A stretch of DNA of 61,285 bases, counting the filler, from Sphacelaria rigidula (lineage: Eukaryota), in NCBI GenBank assembly GCA_964200075.2. It is 6 parts of 6 records of this genome, joined end to end, with 100 filler letters (N's around TTAATTAATTAA, not from the genome) between each part and the next. Parts side by side here need not be neighbours in the genome. Positions count along the whole stretch, not along the records: positions 1 to 10,132 come from CAXNAA020007067.1; positions 10,233 to 20,364 come from CAXNAA020007068.1; 4 more parts are not named here. One strand, written 5' to 3'. A model generated the notes under the pieces. The model was not told where the DNA came from. It ran no database searches and was given only the letters and a program-made list of their open reading frames with translations. The translations under genes and the position numbers were made by a program. Below are positions 1 through 13,435 of this stretch, one piece after another. Position 1 is the stretch's first letter, and each line of letters begins with the position of its first letter.

Positions 1-269
1 CTCCTAATAGAGACACCTCCAACATTCGGGCGCTCATTACGTTTCTTCTGCAGCTCATCACGCTTCTTCCGTACATTACACAAAAACCTTTTACATATCT
101 TATCCCCTCCCTCTCTCGCCGTCTCTGGCCACCATCTATCCCCTAGTATAGCCATCGTTTTCTCCCTACTGTCTAATAGTGCATCAAACGATTTCATGTC
201 ACATTTGTTCATGTTCCGCCTTTCCCCCTGCTACGATGGGGGGGAGGGGGGTATTTGGGGCCATTTCTT

Positions 270-718
270 CCACGAAACTCCACCTCAAATCTTTGGTGAA
301 AGCAGTATCGGTTGTTCGAACGCACCTGTTGCCGATAAAAAAACGCTCATCATTCATACTGCTTGATGGCGTTTTCACCCAAAAACAAAAGACAAATGCA
401 TTGTCCAGCCGTGATGTGTCGTCTCGCTCATCCTCAAAAACATTCCATCCGCTTTTTGTACGATTCCGTGTTCACACGGGATTCTGGCACATGAGAACAG
501 CTGCTTTTGTACGGGGATGGACAGAGGTCGAAATTGTTTGGTGTGAACACGGGATGCTGCGAAATGCGGGTGGATTGTTTTGAGAATGAGCGAGGCCGCA
601 CATATCACGGCCGGAGAGTTTACTTACGCTTCTATTTCGAGAATATTTCGATGCTAATGAAGGTTCCCGAGGTCCATCCTGAAAAAAAACGGCATCTTCA
701 ATTTGTGAAATCCCATGG
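270..718. repeat. Degenerate foldback/MITE-like inverted repeat
   Basis: ctcgctcatcctcaaaaacattccatccgc (~423-452) is the reverse complement of gcgggtggattgttttgagaatgagcgag (~566-594). ccgtgttcacac pairs with gtgtgaacacgg. Outer boundaries are approximate. Confidence 0.55.
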
Positions 719-810
719 TTAAAGCGCGACGGGACAGCGTTCCCTGGTGTTGGAGGTCCCTCGTCAGTAAGGCGAACCGTGTACGTGTTCTCTGTGGTCC
801 CCCGCTCCCC

Positions 811-1756
811 CCATGGGGTTGGCGTCGGTTGGCGATGACGCTGTAAAATACGCCACGCATTGCGTCAGCCAGGCAAACAGGTTACCGATGTTTTTTGCGC
901 GCTCACGTTATCTTGCGGTAACCATGATGGTGGTCGAGCGAGATCATATTGTGCGGGGTGGAAAAACTTCAACACCGCGCAAAAGAGACGATCGTACTAC
1001 GTGGTTTTCGAATGGTGAGAAACGCATGAGGCAGGGTAGCCCGTGGCTGTCTCTGGAAGTGGCCATACCAAAAAATGAAGCAACTCATCGGAGGCTGTCA
1101 TCCAAATGCAAGATTGTAAGTACGCCTCGAGCCGAACAATCTCAGCAGGATGCAGCTCACCCTTCATGCGACTCACCGAACACAACACGGCGCTTCGTGC
1201 TTGGTAATTGATTGCGAGCCGGGTCCGGCAAAAACTCGGCGTGCTCCGTCCCGACCTTGTAGGGGTGCGAGGTCAAGTCATATGACTATGAATGCAAGAT
1301 CATAGGAAGATCATAAGTACACCCCCGCCAAGTCTGGCCCTGCGAAACCCCCGGCGTGCTCCGTCCCGGCTTTGTGGGGATGCGAAGTGAATGATCTTAT
1401 GACTACGGCATGCAAAATCATTTCTACACCTGTCCCCCCCCCCAAAACCACCGAGCGCGTACATGTTAACCTGTCGCATGAAGGGTGAGCTGCATCCTGC
1501 CAAGACTGTTCGGTCCGAAGCGTACTGATGATCTTGCATTCGGATGACAGCCTGCGATGAGTTGCTTCATTTCCTGGTACCAATATATTCCCAGACACTG
1601 GCATGGCTTACACACTGCCTCATGCGCCAGGCGATTGACTGCGGGCCTGGTTCAGCGAAACCCCGGCGTGCTCCGTCCCCGCTCTGTAGGGATGCGAGGT
1701 CAATAGTCACACGACTACGGCATGCAAGATCACGAGTACCCCCCCCCCCCCCCCCC
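811..1756. repeat. Cluster of dispersed modular repeat family A, including a local inverted duplication (~1025-1170 vs ~1475-1626)
   Basis: 811-940 matches the reverse complement of 51156-51285. 935-1200 matches the reverse complement of 7620-7890. The module cggcgtgctccgtccc...atgcaagatca..agtaccccccc occurs three times (~1235, ~1352, ~1664). Confidence 0.85.
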
Positions 1757-2144
1757 AAACCACCACTTGGTATCGAACATCTCCCGCAACCAACGCCCAC
1801 CCACCTCCACTACATCGGCTCCTCCTTGTGCTCCGATTCCGGCACCAGTCCGCGTATCCTTTCAAAGCTCACCGCTGGTGGTGGCAGCGTCGGCGACGGT
1901 AGCATCAGCAAGCGGCGGAGTACCTCTTCTTCCCCCCTGTAGGCGGCGAACGCGATTGGGCTTCCCAAAATCTCCATGTAGGCTTCGCTAGACAAGATCT
2001 TTGTCGGATGGGCATTCAGGGAGGACCTCTCCGTCAGTGCTCCCGAGGCCGCGCAGTCCGCGATGGTACGGGGTCGTCGGGATGCCCCCGACCACAGAAG
2101 GTGAGACACTACCCGCAAGGCATGGCAGGGGAAGGCAAGGTAAA

Positions 2145-2171
2145 ACAGGACAGGACAGGACAGGACAGGAC
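2145..2171. repeat. (ACAGG)n microsatellite
   Basis: acaggacaggacagg... read directly. Confidence 0.9.
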
Positions 2172-3116
2172 ACACGCTTACTGTACTCCAAGTACTTGGT
2201 ATAGAAAGTACGAGATGCACTCTTGGGGTACCTATCCCCGTATTAGGGAGGTCGCTACTCTTCCCGCATAACCACGGGCATAATGTTGGACGCAGCACGC
2301 GAGCCGATCGCTATAGTAGCAGCCGGCTACCTGCGAACCTTTCGCAGGCCAGCGGACCGTCGCGAATTGAACACTTCACCCTTGCTTCGTGGCCGCACCA
2401 CACAGTCTTAGGAGCCTCCAAACTCCCGCTGCGCGCAGTTTCAGCAAGTCTCCACTCTGGATTAATCACACAGACCAACCGCCTTTCTGCCGATCACCTC
2501 AGTTTGAACCCCCTCCACGCGTCCGTGGTGACTGACAGCTACCAGACTCTTCCGCCGAAATTCTTCCAGCAGGTTCCGCCAGGTACTGGCTCTAGCACTA
2601 TTATCGATATTGTGACGCCAGTCAGAAGAAGAACAACTGGTGGATCACTGCTGTTGAGGGACTCCCCAGTGTCACTGACCTCAATTTCAGTTGTCAGCCT
2701 TTACAACATTTCATGATCCGGAGTGCCCTCGTAGGCACAGTCTCATAGACCCACAGGGTATCATTCCCGTGTCCCCGGTCATTATCCAGAATCCTCCAGA
2801 ATCCTCCTGTCCCCGGTCATTCTCCAGATCATCACTACCAACTCAGCATAACGGCAAGGGTAACGGCGTAATTTCGCCACAGATGTTTCTCTACATGTGT
2901 GTTATTTCCTGCCGCTGTATGCCAAAGCAGTGTGGTGCCTCACTTCATTGTGTTTGCCCATGGATGAGAGGATTCATACACCCCAAATAGTGCGGTCGTG
3001 GTACATGAGCCGCAAGCTTTCCCCACGGCCTCATGTTTTCCACGACTGTGTATGTTTGGTTATGCATAAGACTTTTCCCACTAAAGCCATGTAGCAGAGA
3101 TCGGCCATCATTTTGT

Positions 3117-3302
3117 TCTTCTCTCTCTCGCTCTCTCTCTCTCTTTTTACTCGACTCTGTTCTTCTGTCCTTCGTTTTCTGTTTTTTCTTCAGGGGGTGT
3201 TTCAGTTCTGTTCTTGTCTCGGGTGCGTCTATCATGTAACCACCGCTGGATCTCTGCAGAGTCGGTCAAAGCGCGACAATTAATTAAATCAATCAATCAA
3301 TC
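3117..3302 (+). mobile_element. 3' tail of a non-LTR retroelement (LINE/SINE-like) ending in (CAAT)n
   Basis: Pyrimidine-rich tract, then gtaaccac.gctggat, then aatcaatcaatcaatc. The same architecture occurs at 40926-41278 (+) and 59226-59453 (-). Confidence 0.55.
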
Positions 3303-3531
3303 ATGTGCATGACACGAAGCGTTCGTGCGATGTGGGCAGGCACATGGGGCAACCGGAGGACATCCTTCGGTACGCGGTTGTGTGCAATACGTAGGCCCAC
3401 TGATTTACAATCAAACTACAATGGACGTCGCAATGTTCGCCTCGTCGCTATTTTGTACGACCTGAGACGATTGATAAAAATACCGCGTATACATCCGGCC
3501 TAAAATAGTTGCACAGAGAGGTTTCTGATCT

Positions 3532-3580
3532 AGTAATAGTAGTAGCAGCAGCAGTAGTAGTAGTAGAAGTAGTGCGTAGT
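3532..3580. repeat. (AGT/AGC)n microsatellite
   Basis: Read directly. Confidence 0.85.
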
Positions 3581-6500
3581 TGACTGCTAAAGTTCTTTTT
3601 CATCGTCCATCCGGTTTACTTCGAGGGAATTTCCCCCCCAAAAGCCGGAGAACACAAATAGTCACTGGTCGTTCTCGTACAACACGGGATTCTGAAAAAT
3701 GGGAATGAGATTCCTCTTCCTCAGGCCGGGGGCTGAAAGGCCCTCGAATTGAACGTGGCTCGACGTAGGATCGCAGCGCTACCATGCTCATATTCTCTTG
3801 AGTAATCGACGCCATCGTTATTTTGAGCAGTCGCCGATCTTGTTGACCTCTGCCGGGTTAGATCACGTAGGGAAGTTGAACACCGTGCGGAAACGATCCG
3901 CCCATCATAGTCTCCTCGAACAGTCACCGATCTTGCTGACCGTTCTGCCGGGTTAGACCACGTGGGGAATTTAACCCTCAGACCGCGAGGGTTGGTCGCC
4001 TGCTGAATCGGCATCAATTTTCACTCGGGAGAAGTGTGCGTGATCCAGATGGACTACCCGCACCGCGATCTAAGGGTTGCCATCAATCGTTGTAGGTCAT
4101 TGAGGTGCTTGCCGAAGATACGCTCCGTACAGATGCAGTAGAAGGAAATTCCGACATGGCGACTCGAAGCGATAGCTCATTCCATTGTGGTTGGATAACT
4201 GGGCCGCCATCTGCGAGCACAGGACGCACGATATTGATATTACAGGGTTATGGCAAATCATTACCCCCGCCTCCCTGCGCGCGCGCACGAGTAACCTGGT
4301 GGGGATCGTTTCCGACCCATGACGGGAACCTCCATAAGCATCACAACGTTCTTGAGAAAAATCCAAACGCACTCTTCGGCACTCATATGTGGCGTCGCTC
4401 ATCTTGGAGGGAAAAATAACTCAATTTGTAAAATCCCCTGTTCGTTCCTTGTTGCTGAGATCGCTCGCGCTGAGCGCTGCGGCCTCAGCCACCGGTACCT
4501 TTCATTTTTATTTTTTGTCTTCACCCCCCGGTCCCCTTCAATTGGTCGCCTCCGACCCCTGCTCACCTCCGCACCTTCTTGCATATCCATCCTCAAATTT
4601 CAATTAAACCCCGCACCCTTTCTTCTTTCTTAAGCGCGGCGACCACGTAGCACGTGCCGCATACATCATACACTGGGGGAACCGCATATTTTCCAAAAAT
4701 ATCGCTTGGAAGGAGGGCATCCTATCTGCCGTTGGTGTTTCGAATGTTCACCTCCCGTAGGTGGAGTCTTTTCCGCCCACCGCATTGTTTACCCTCACGT
4801 GGTGAGGAGGTTCTCTTAATGGGGTGCGCTCCATCTTAATGTGAAGTTCATCAATTAGTTGCTGCTACTGTTGTCTTACATCCCTGTGGACGTATGTAGC
4901 GTGTCGGCAAAAGCAGAGTTGAATCGTGAGAGCTGTTGCCTAAACAGCGTTTGATAATACGTCGTCGGCACGAATATTGGAACCACAGGGTCCCACACGC
5001 AAAAAAAAGAAGAAAAGCGCCTCTACGACCCCTACAGAATAAAGGAAAGATACGTTAATCATTATCTCACCGCATCCGCTGCGCTTCTCCCATTATTTAT
5101 GTCCGCGTGTACGAGTTTCACGAGGAACGCTGTTGTTATCGTCGACATGCCGTCAAGATAACATTAATATTATCGTAGACGAGAAGCTCATGGAGGGAAA
5201 GTTAGAGGGAAAAGTATTTCTAATATGCCCCCCCCCTCCATCCCGCCCCAAAAGCTCTGTCTCGAAAGGGATGCATCAGGGGTCAAACGACGAAGGCAAG
5301 CAACAAATGAGTACGCCCCCCCTCCCCCTCCCCCAAACATAAAGTGGCTGGTTTGGAGAGGCGAAATCTATCCGTAAATCGAAGTGAACAAAGTCGAGCA
5401 CAACGAGCAGCTGAGAATTCCCACGCTTGGTTTCGTTTTCGCCAATGTCGCCCATATGAAGCCCTTAATGGAGCCTGAAACCAAACATCAGGCGCTGGTT
5501 TGACCATATTCTTTGTGACAGTTTTGGGCTGTTTTCTTTTTGGGGCGGGGGGGACTATCGTAGAAACACTCGAAGCAAGACTAACAACTCGCAATTCATC
5601 CTTGTTTTGTTCTCCCTCACTTCGAATCTCTTCTCATCATCAGGATGAGTCCGTGGCCTCAAGGGATCAACTCAACTCTCCCCTGCGGTAATATACAGCA
5701 GGATTATATAGCGCCCAGACACAACTCAGACCCCCGCGGCTGGGTACACCCGTCCGCCCTTCCCCTTGGTCTTTGAAGACTACACGTTGTACATGCTCCA
5801 GGAAAATGGAAAGCGCGCACAAAACACACCAACGATACAAAATGTCCCACAATCCTGAAAAAAGTTGCTGTCACCAGAAAAATACGTAATTTACAACTTC
5901 CTGATTCCCAGCCCAACAAACAACGTACACTGGCAAGCGCACAAGATCCGCAGCAAAGCACTCAAGGAAATGAAGAGCGATCCAGGGACGCTGCACTCAA
6001 CCGTAATAGCATGCTTGCTCCCTTGATTTGTTCCCTGCTGTGTACAACGCCTGGTTGCGTGCGCCGTGTTTTATTGCTTTTTGCCTGAGTCTTTCATCGC
6101 TCACTCTACATTCTTTCTAATTTATCGTGGGGAGGGGGGGAGGGGGGGCATGTCTACTTCTAAGCGGTTTACCCTACGTTTGCATAAAGGTCTTACTGTA
6201 TCTATTTTTACGGGGCGTTACCAGACTCTTGCAACAAAAGATGCCCCCCGTCAACATCATATCTCCAACCAACGCGCGAATTACTCTCGCGATTGTTTTC
6301 ACTTCAAGCTTCGCGTAAGCCCTCCTGCACTTCGCCAAACAAACGCCCACATCCCAAGAGCAACCCTTCTCCTAACTCCAACCTCCCCAACCTCTCCAAC
6401 CCCGCCAAGGGGCCATCAACGCGTCAACGAATCCACTGCTCGAAACCGCAGTGATCCATAGCTCAAAACAGGCAGCCTCTCCTGTTGTTCCCCGGCCATA

Positions 6501-7489
6501 CCCGCGAAACTCCTCTATAAACATCCCCCCTACAACCCCCCACCACATGTATAAACATAACGAACAGCATCAAACGGTCAGATGGGCAGGGAGCATTGCA
6601 CGACTGTTTATGCGGCGCGCTCCGCGGTGTTCGTCAAACGTCGGCAGGCTGGGAAGGGCGGGGAGGGTACGAGCAATAAAATAACCAAAATACCCCAGCG
6701 TGGCCGTTCCGGTCGCGCTTTGCACTCGAACCCCCAGTCGATTCCGTTTCACTCGCTCAAATCTTGACCGGACCCTTGAGCACAGCGTAGAACCCCGCTG
6801 CGAACCCGGCTGTCGGGTTTGCAAAATATTTTAATGACAAACCACGGCAACGATCAAGCGACACGATGTGGGCAAAAGCGGTCGGGAGGGGCTTTCAGGG
6901 GAAAGGACTACCGAAGGGTGTGGAGTGCACCGTGTCTTGGAAGCACTTTGGGAAGAAGACATCATGCCAGTATCTACTGAAAAGTATCGGTGTGTGTAAG
7001 GTGCTCATCACGATATTTGCTTGTCTATTGTAAGTACGGAATAACGCCTCCATGACTGCACCTGGAGTTGAGAGAAGAGGTGCGCCGGAGAGGAGGAGGG
7101 GGGGGGGGGGGTACTCATTTGTTGCTTGCCTTAGTCGTTTGACCACTGACCAGAGGAGGGGGGGGGGGGGGGTGGGGGGGAAAGTTGCGTTGAAAAAGAA
7201 CATGCCGTCAAAATAATTGGTCCACAACCTTGACTAAGGCGCGTGCGCATAAGTCTGATGGGAACAATCTATGCAGCTATTCAGCTATAATATGAAACCA
7301 GACCAAAGGGGGAGACTGCGCCGACAGTTTGGGCATTTAGTTTTGCAGGAAGTAAGCAGAGGAGTCGGTAACGCTCGCGTAATTGCGCAAACCCGATCTT
7401 ACATTCGCCGTGATGTACGCCCAACCATTGATTGCAAAAACCTCATCGATGCCTCAAGATACGAACCCTCTTTGGGGAAGGGGAAGCGG

Positions 7490-7892
7490 AATGGGGGTGT
7501 ACTCATGATGTTGCATGCCATAGTTATAAGACCATTGACCTCGTATCCCTACAAAGTCCAGACGGGGCACACCGGGTTTTCGCCGCACCAGGCTCGCATT
7601 CAATCACCAAGCGATAAGCGCCGTCATGTGCTACGCGAGTCGCATAGAGGGTGAGCTGCATCCTCCTAAGATTGTTCAGCCAGAAGCGTGTTGATCACAT
7701 TGCATACGGATGACAGCCTACAATGAGTTGCTTGATTTCCTGGTATCGCCACTTCCAGAGATAGCCATGGGTTATACACTGTTTCATGGGTGTCTCACCA
7801 TGTAAACACTACGTAGTACGATCATCTCCATTGCGCGGAGTTGAGGTTCCCCCACGTCGCACAGTATGATCTAGCTCGACTACAATCATGAG
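7490..7892 (-). repeat. Dispersed repeat family A copy (inverted relative to 930-1330)
   Basis: Colinear reverse-complement similarity to 930-1330, e.g. gggtgagctgcatcct vs aggatgcagctcaccc and actacgtagtacgatc vs gatcgtactacgtgg. Confidence 0.85.
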
Positions 7893-8066
7893 GGGGTGGC
7901 TCTTCACCTCTTGCCGAATTTCCTACAAAGCATATCTACACGACAGGAACACCCGCGGAGTGTCTTCGACAGACTGACTGACGCTGTGGTCACTATTGAA
8001 CGCACACACACGATCAGTCATCATCTTACCGCCGGAGGGCACGGCACCCTGCGCGGTATGCTTCAG

Positions 8067-8322
8067 GATACGCATGGTGCGCCAGAAGCACGGGCAAGTC
8101 TCTCGCTCGCATGGGGCCAGCTGGTCGTCGTTCAGCTTACACCAACCCAATTTCCCCCCGCAGCCCAGGAAATCGGAGCGCGACAGGAACTTCATGAAGG
8201 AAGTTGAGCGGTTTCGCGTCGCCGAACGTGAGCCACCATCCCCGACAATTATTTTCGGTAGAATACGCCCCGGCGTTTGTTTGTTCACGAAGAAGCGCCA
8301 TGAACGCGTTTTGTGTGTTTCG
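8067..8322 (+). CDS. Possible isolated internal exon of an unknown gene
   Basis: ttcag acceptor before 8067 and gtgagt donor at 8323. Open frame IRMVRQKHGQ...RDRNFMKEVERFRVAER...VLCVS. No recognisable family. Confidence 0.3.
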
Positions 8323-10132
8323 GTGAGTTTGGGGGTGAAGCACACGTAATACCGCGGTTCCAGCAGGAAGGAAAGAGGGGCATGGGGACGATAAAGCAAG
8401 GTGCGCGGGGGCGGCGATGGCGCGGGGGGGGGGGGGGGGAGGGGGGACATCGTCATCACCACGTCAGTCGAGACTGCAACCCTTCGTATCGACACACATG
8501 AGCTTGCTGGAAAATGACCGCATTCAGCAGTCGAGGGGTCAATCGAGAAGGAATCGATGATCTTCTCTCGGGACAGATCTAGTATAGCTCAGGTTTTCGT
8601 TCGTCTTCTCCTCTTTACGGGCGGGAAGAGGGCAATGGGGAACCAAGCACGTTGACACGATGATGAAGATGCAAAAATACGCTTCGGGAAAAATAATGTT
8701 CCGGTTCGGGATGTACCGGTTGCGCTTCGGGACATTCGACACATGATCCGCATCTTCTCACTTGTCCGCAACCCCGACTCAAAGGAAGAGATTAGGTGGT
8801 GTCTCAATCCTGGGGAAAATATTCACTCGATATATATATATACATATATACGTAGTAATTTTTCTGAATGGTGACAAAATAAATTAAGAATAACTTCCTA
8901 TCGGGCCATTGTTCGATAAAGCCAGATTTTGGTGATGCTTGTGAAGTGTTTCTGGCAGTGTTTGTTATTCTTGACGTTAAGAATTTGCAGAAGGGTCGAG
9001 ACACCACTACTCTACGGTTTTAAAAAAGCAAACAGGCCAGGCGAACGGAAACAAACGACGGTATTGTAGCGACCGGTTGGTGCGATTAGATACACGAGCC
9101 GCGATGCCAGCAGCACCACAGTAGTATGAGCACCTCGACCGCGCCGTGTGAACTCTGTTGCCCGCGACAGAACAACACGCACACCGACCCGGACGGCAGC
9201 TCTTAGTCAATCAATCACGTTAGTAGTGAAAGAGGTTTGATTTATTTGAGGAGAGTCGACGTGGTGCGGTGCGGAAGTGAGTCATGATCCAGCTCATGAT
9301 ACCGAAATATAGGGCGTGTGCAGTACCGGGGGGCATACTTATTCGTGGCTTGCCTTATTAACAGCAGTTTCACCATTGACCATGCATCCCTTCCGAGACG
9401 GAGCACAGTACCGGGGGGGGTAGTCCAAACGAGCTTGTTACCGATAAATAACGCTCGGCATATTGCTAAATACCGTATTTTACCCGAAAACAAGTGTATC
9501 GCCAGTGAGTTGGATCATTTGAAACACCTATAAGCCTTTTTTCTCGTAGAATCAGACCCCCCTCCCCATCGAAGCGTAATGAGCGCCCAAATATTGGGAT
9601 GGTCTTCACTATAATAGGAGTAGGAATGGTGCTGCGTCTCGTAAGGGGTGCGTGGTCAATGGTCAAACGACCAAGGCAAGCAACAAATGAGTACGTCCCT
9701 CCCTATCGTAGCATGGGTCTTATGCTGTCTCACATGTGCCACGGCGCACGTTCCTCCTACAGCATAGGCGTACTTCTTCTCCGTCTTCTTCAAGACAACC
9801 GCTGTACCGGCGCCGAGTACGAAGCCTAGGCTGCTCAAAGAACACACACAGACGCACACGTCGGAGCACGCCAAACATCATCGAAATATACATTGGAGTA
9901 CGACACATTCAAGGAGAGGCGCGACACAATTGGAATACGATAAATGACAGCCTGCCATACACACGGTGAAGTACGGCACACACAATGAAAGTCGACACAT
10001 AGTTGAAGCATGACAAATACTAGCGATATGGACAAGCATCAACACGAAGATACCACTGAATTTAGTGAAGTGAAGCTATTGATAGTCTAGACTGGAATAC
10101 ACGAAAAAAAGAAGAGAGGGGTGGGGTGGGTT

Positions 10133-10232
10133 NNNNNNNNNNNNNNNNNNNNNNNNNNNNNNNNNNNNNNNNNNNNTTAATTAATTAANNNNNNNNNNNN
10201 NNNNNNNNNNNNNNNNNNNNNNNNNNNNNNNN
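10133..10232. other. Artificial contig-joining linker (N44-TTAATTAATTAA-N44)
   Basis: Exactly 100 bp. The central 12-mer gives stops in all six frames. The identical linker recurs five times. Confidence 0.98.
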
Positions 10233-10259
10233 AAAAAAAAAAAAAAAAAAGAAAGAACG

Positions 10260-10301
<42 letters not shown>

Positions 10302-10492
10302 AAACAATTACAGCAATAGGAAAGAAAACCGAAACGCAAAATCAGGGCCCAAGCAACAAAAAACAAAGCACAACACAACAAAATACAAAATACAAGAAAA
10401 AAAGACGAAATGCCAAATACACAACACAACATCAACCACTACAAGTTGATGAAGGGGTGAAGGGGGGGAAAAAACATGGTTTTCCAACGACG

Positions 10493-12720
10493 CTACAATG
10501 CAAGACAAGCGACTCGAACGCGGTACACCACGCAAGTCAAATGGGGAGGCAGACTCGGATGTGGCATGATGAGTCCATCTGCATCCCATGCGGTGTCCAT
10601 GTTCCGTAGAACGGCTGTTTCGAGTTCGCCTTGGTCGTGTCGTTGGAGGCACCAGGATCCCCTCCGAGCGGTTGGCTCCTCGGTGTAGTACGCATCATCC
10701 AAGCGAATCTTAAGGGGGCTCGGGTCATCAAGGAAACGGATAAAGTAGGAGAGGTCTGATGCAGGATCGACCAAATGATTTTTTCCCAACCACCACGGTG
10801 AATCCAAGGCCTTATATAAAAAATTTGCCCCCTTCGGTAATCGTTTTCCGTGAAAACACTGCATGTATTGTGAACGCGAAATAAGGCTATAACCTGTCAC
10901 AACAAACCGCGCTGAGTTTTCACGTGCCAGTTCCCGAGCGTCTGCTCCCTTGCGCATCGATCGATATCTCTGATTCAACGGGCGGTGTTGGACGGTATCT
11001 TCTACCCATTACAGCAATATTTCCCGACGAAAATGACGCAAATTAACCTTACGCTCCCATGTAACACTCATGATACCCTTCCAATGTTTGATACATTAGC
11101 GCTATCTTACCTCCACGACCGCGAACCAGTTGATGACCCGAAATCCTATCTACCTCAACACGTTCCAGGGGTGCGCCCGCATCCTCAACCGTCATATGAT
11201 ACGGCGGAGTTTTGATCGCATACTTGGTCGACACAAACTTGTTAAGTCCTAATGGCAGTTCTTTGGGCATGTCGGAGTAGTCATGAGGGGATATACACGG
11301 TTTGCATCGTAGCATCGAGACGCGATTTTTCGGTTTCAAACCAGGTTCATCTGTGGGAAATCTGAATATAAAAGTTTCGCTCCCACCGGACTCTTGTCGG
11401 GTGCGGTAGCGCTCGGACCAACAGCTAAAATTTCCCAAGGACCAGTCCAATTCAAGGACAGTTTCGCCTTCAACACTTTACCCAAAGATGATGATTTCGA
11501 GCTAGCCCCTTGATTGATGGTCTTCACATCATTATACACCCATGCCCATTGGCCTACCTTCCACACCGAGCGGTTATGTACCACATCATCCAACATCGAG
11601 TTCGCCGTGGCCACCTTGGCCAAATTGATTTAGTTCTGTTCTCGTGCCACTTCATATGCAAGACGAAGACGACTGCTAACCGACAAATGATACTCTGCAA
11701 TATCACGATCCAGACTCTGATGTCCACCTGTATTTTTACGTTCGAATACCGTCAAAGGTAACATATGCGTCCAATATGAATCTCATTCGGCGACAATCCC
11801 GTAGCGACATTGACTGCATTGGTGTAGATCCCAGTCCATCTGTCTCTCATTTGCTACAGCAGCAAGCATCTGTGCCATCGTATGGTTCACTCGTTCCGTT
11901 CCACTATTGGTGGAGGGGTGATATGAACTAGTAAAAATGCGATGGGCACCCAAAAGGTCACTGACGGCGGCTGAAAGTTTGCCTGAAAAATGCGGGTCGT
12001 TGTCAGACAGTAAGCGTTTGGGCACACCCCACAGTGGAATGTACATGTAGACAAGAATGTTGGCGGTACATTCCGTGGTATAACTACTGGGGGGGACGGC
12101 GTGATCACCGCATCTCGACTGAATCTATCCGTAAACAACAAAATATACTTATTTCCACTCTCCGTCAGGGGCAAAGGACCGAAATTGTCCCACGAAACTA
12201 CTTCAACGGGCCCATTTGGGAGTGGCATGGAAACAATCGGCCAACGAACTGTTTGACGAGAAGTTATTCGCGCCTGACACCACTGATCCATACAAATACA
12301 CCAATGAAAACGTTCCAACATCTGGGAGGTCCTAATGGCGCCTAAATGAGTCGATGCCTGTGAATGGCATTCGTGTAGAACCCATGGGCGCAGTAGTATC
12401 GGGACGTAGATGCGGGTGGGTTCATCACCTAGCAAGCAGGCATGTCGACTTGCAGGCTTCCCCCTGCGGAGGGCTGCGGTTGGCCGGCGAACCAGCAGAA
12501 CTATACCATCATCATCCGTATGTAGCATACCTTTCCTTGAAAGTTCAGTAGCTTCATCCTGGGTGGGCGCTTTGAGATTCTCGACTGGCAAAAGGAATTC
12601 GGTTTCTGAGAATGGACATGGACAACCTTTAGATAGATAATGGATAGCTGATTTACAAGCAGGTTCTGCCTGTTGTTCCCGCGCCCATTCGGCGTGGGAG
12701 AAGAGAGTCAAGCGTTCCTT
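10493..12720 (-). pseudogene. pol: Integrase (zinc finger, rve, GPY/F, chromo-like and C-terminal extension), multiply frameshifted
   Basis: Motifs spread over ORFs 11887-12957, 11783-12046, 11336-11623, 11049-11450 and 10493-10978. Colinear with the integrase at 24203-25759 and 28456-29069. Confidence 0.93.
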
Positions 12721-13435
12721 GAATACACCATCTGTTGAAGCGTCGACTTCGTGTGGAGTCGGTTCGGGGCGGGGTTGGCACGAAGCGGTGATTTCGGAAT
12801 CAAGGGTGAGCCTGCCAGTTGGTGTACTCTCGGACGGAACGTTAACGTCTACTCCTGCGTCGATTAGCGTCGAGGGTGTTGTGGTGGTGTTTGCAATATC
12901 ATCACCAAGGGAGGGGGGCACAGCCGTGGTTTCGGCTATGGTTGGCAGGGGCGGCACGGTCGGGGTCGATTATCTGGGGGCCTTGCGTCGCGGAGGCTGC
13001 GGCGGCGCAAGGAAACTATCGGGGACCAGGGTGAGGGCAGGGAGGGGAAGGTCAGGACCAGATACGGCTAATTTGGTGGCCGTTTCGGCGGTTCGCCGTC
13101 CAAGAGTCCTACTCAAAATCAAATCTCGAACTTGAAGTGGTAAGACGAAATCAGCTAAGGACGGTTCTACACCTGCTGCGAAAACCATGCGCAGGCCAGT
13201 TGCACGAAAATGATCATAGCCAACAGTATTCGTAGACAATCCATTCCAAACTAAGTACAACGATTGAGGTTGCAAGCTGCCTAGGACTGATGCGTGGGCT
13301 ATGGTCGTCAGCCCACGCATGCCTAAAGCCGGCGTTTCTCTCGGTGTAAGTGGTGTGTAGAGATTTCTATGTCCATTCCTGCTTATGACATATACAATGT
13401 CTTCGGTGGGATCGGTGATACATCCCATGGTGGAT

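Noticed and set aside
10233..10440. Poly(A) tail or retrocopy end
   Set aside because: A-rich degenerate sequence at a contig edge, typical of read decay after a homopolymer. No TSD can be tested.
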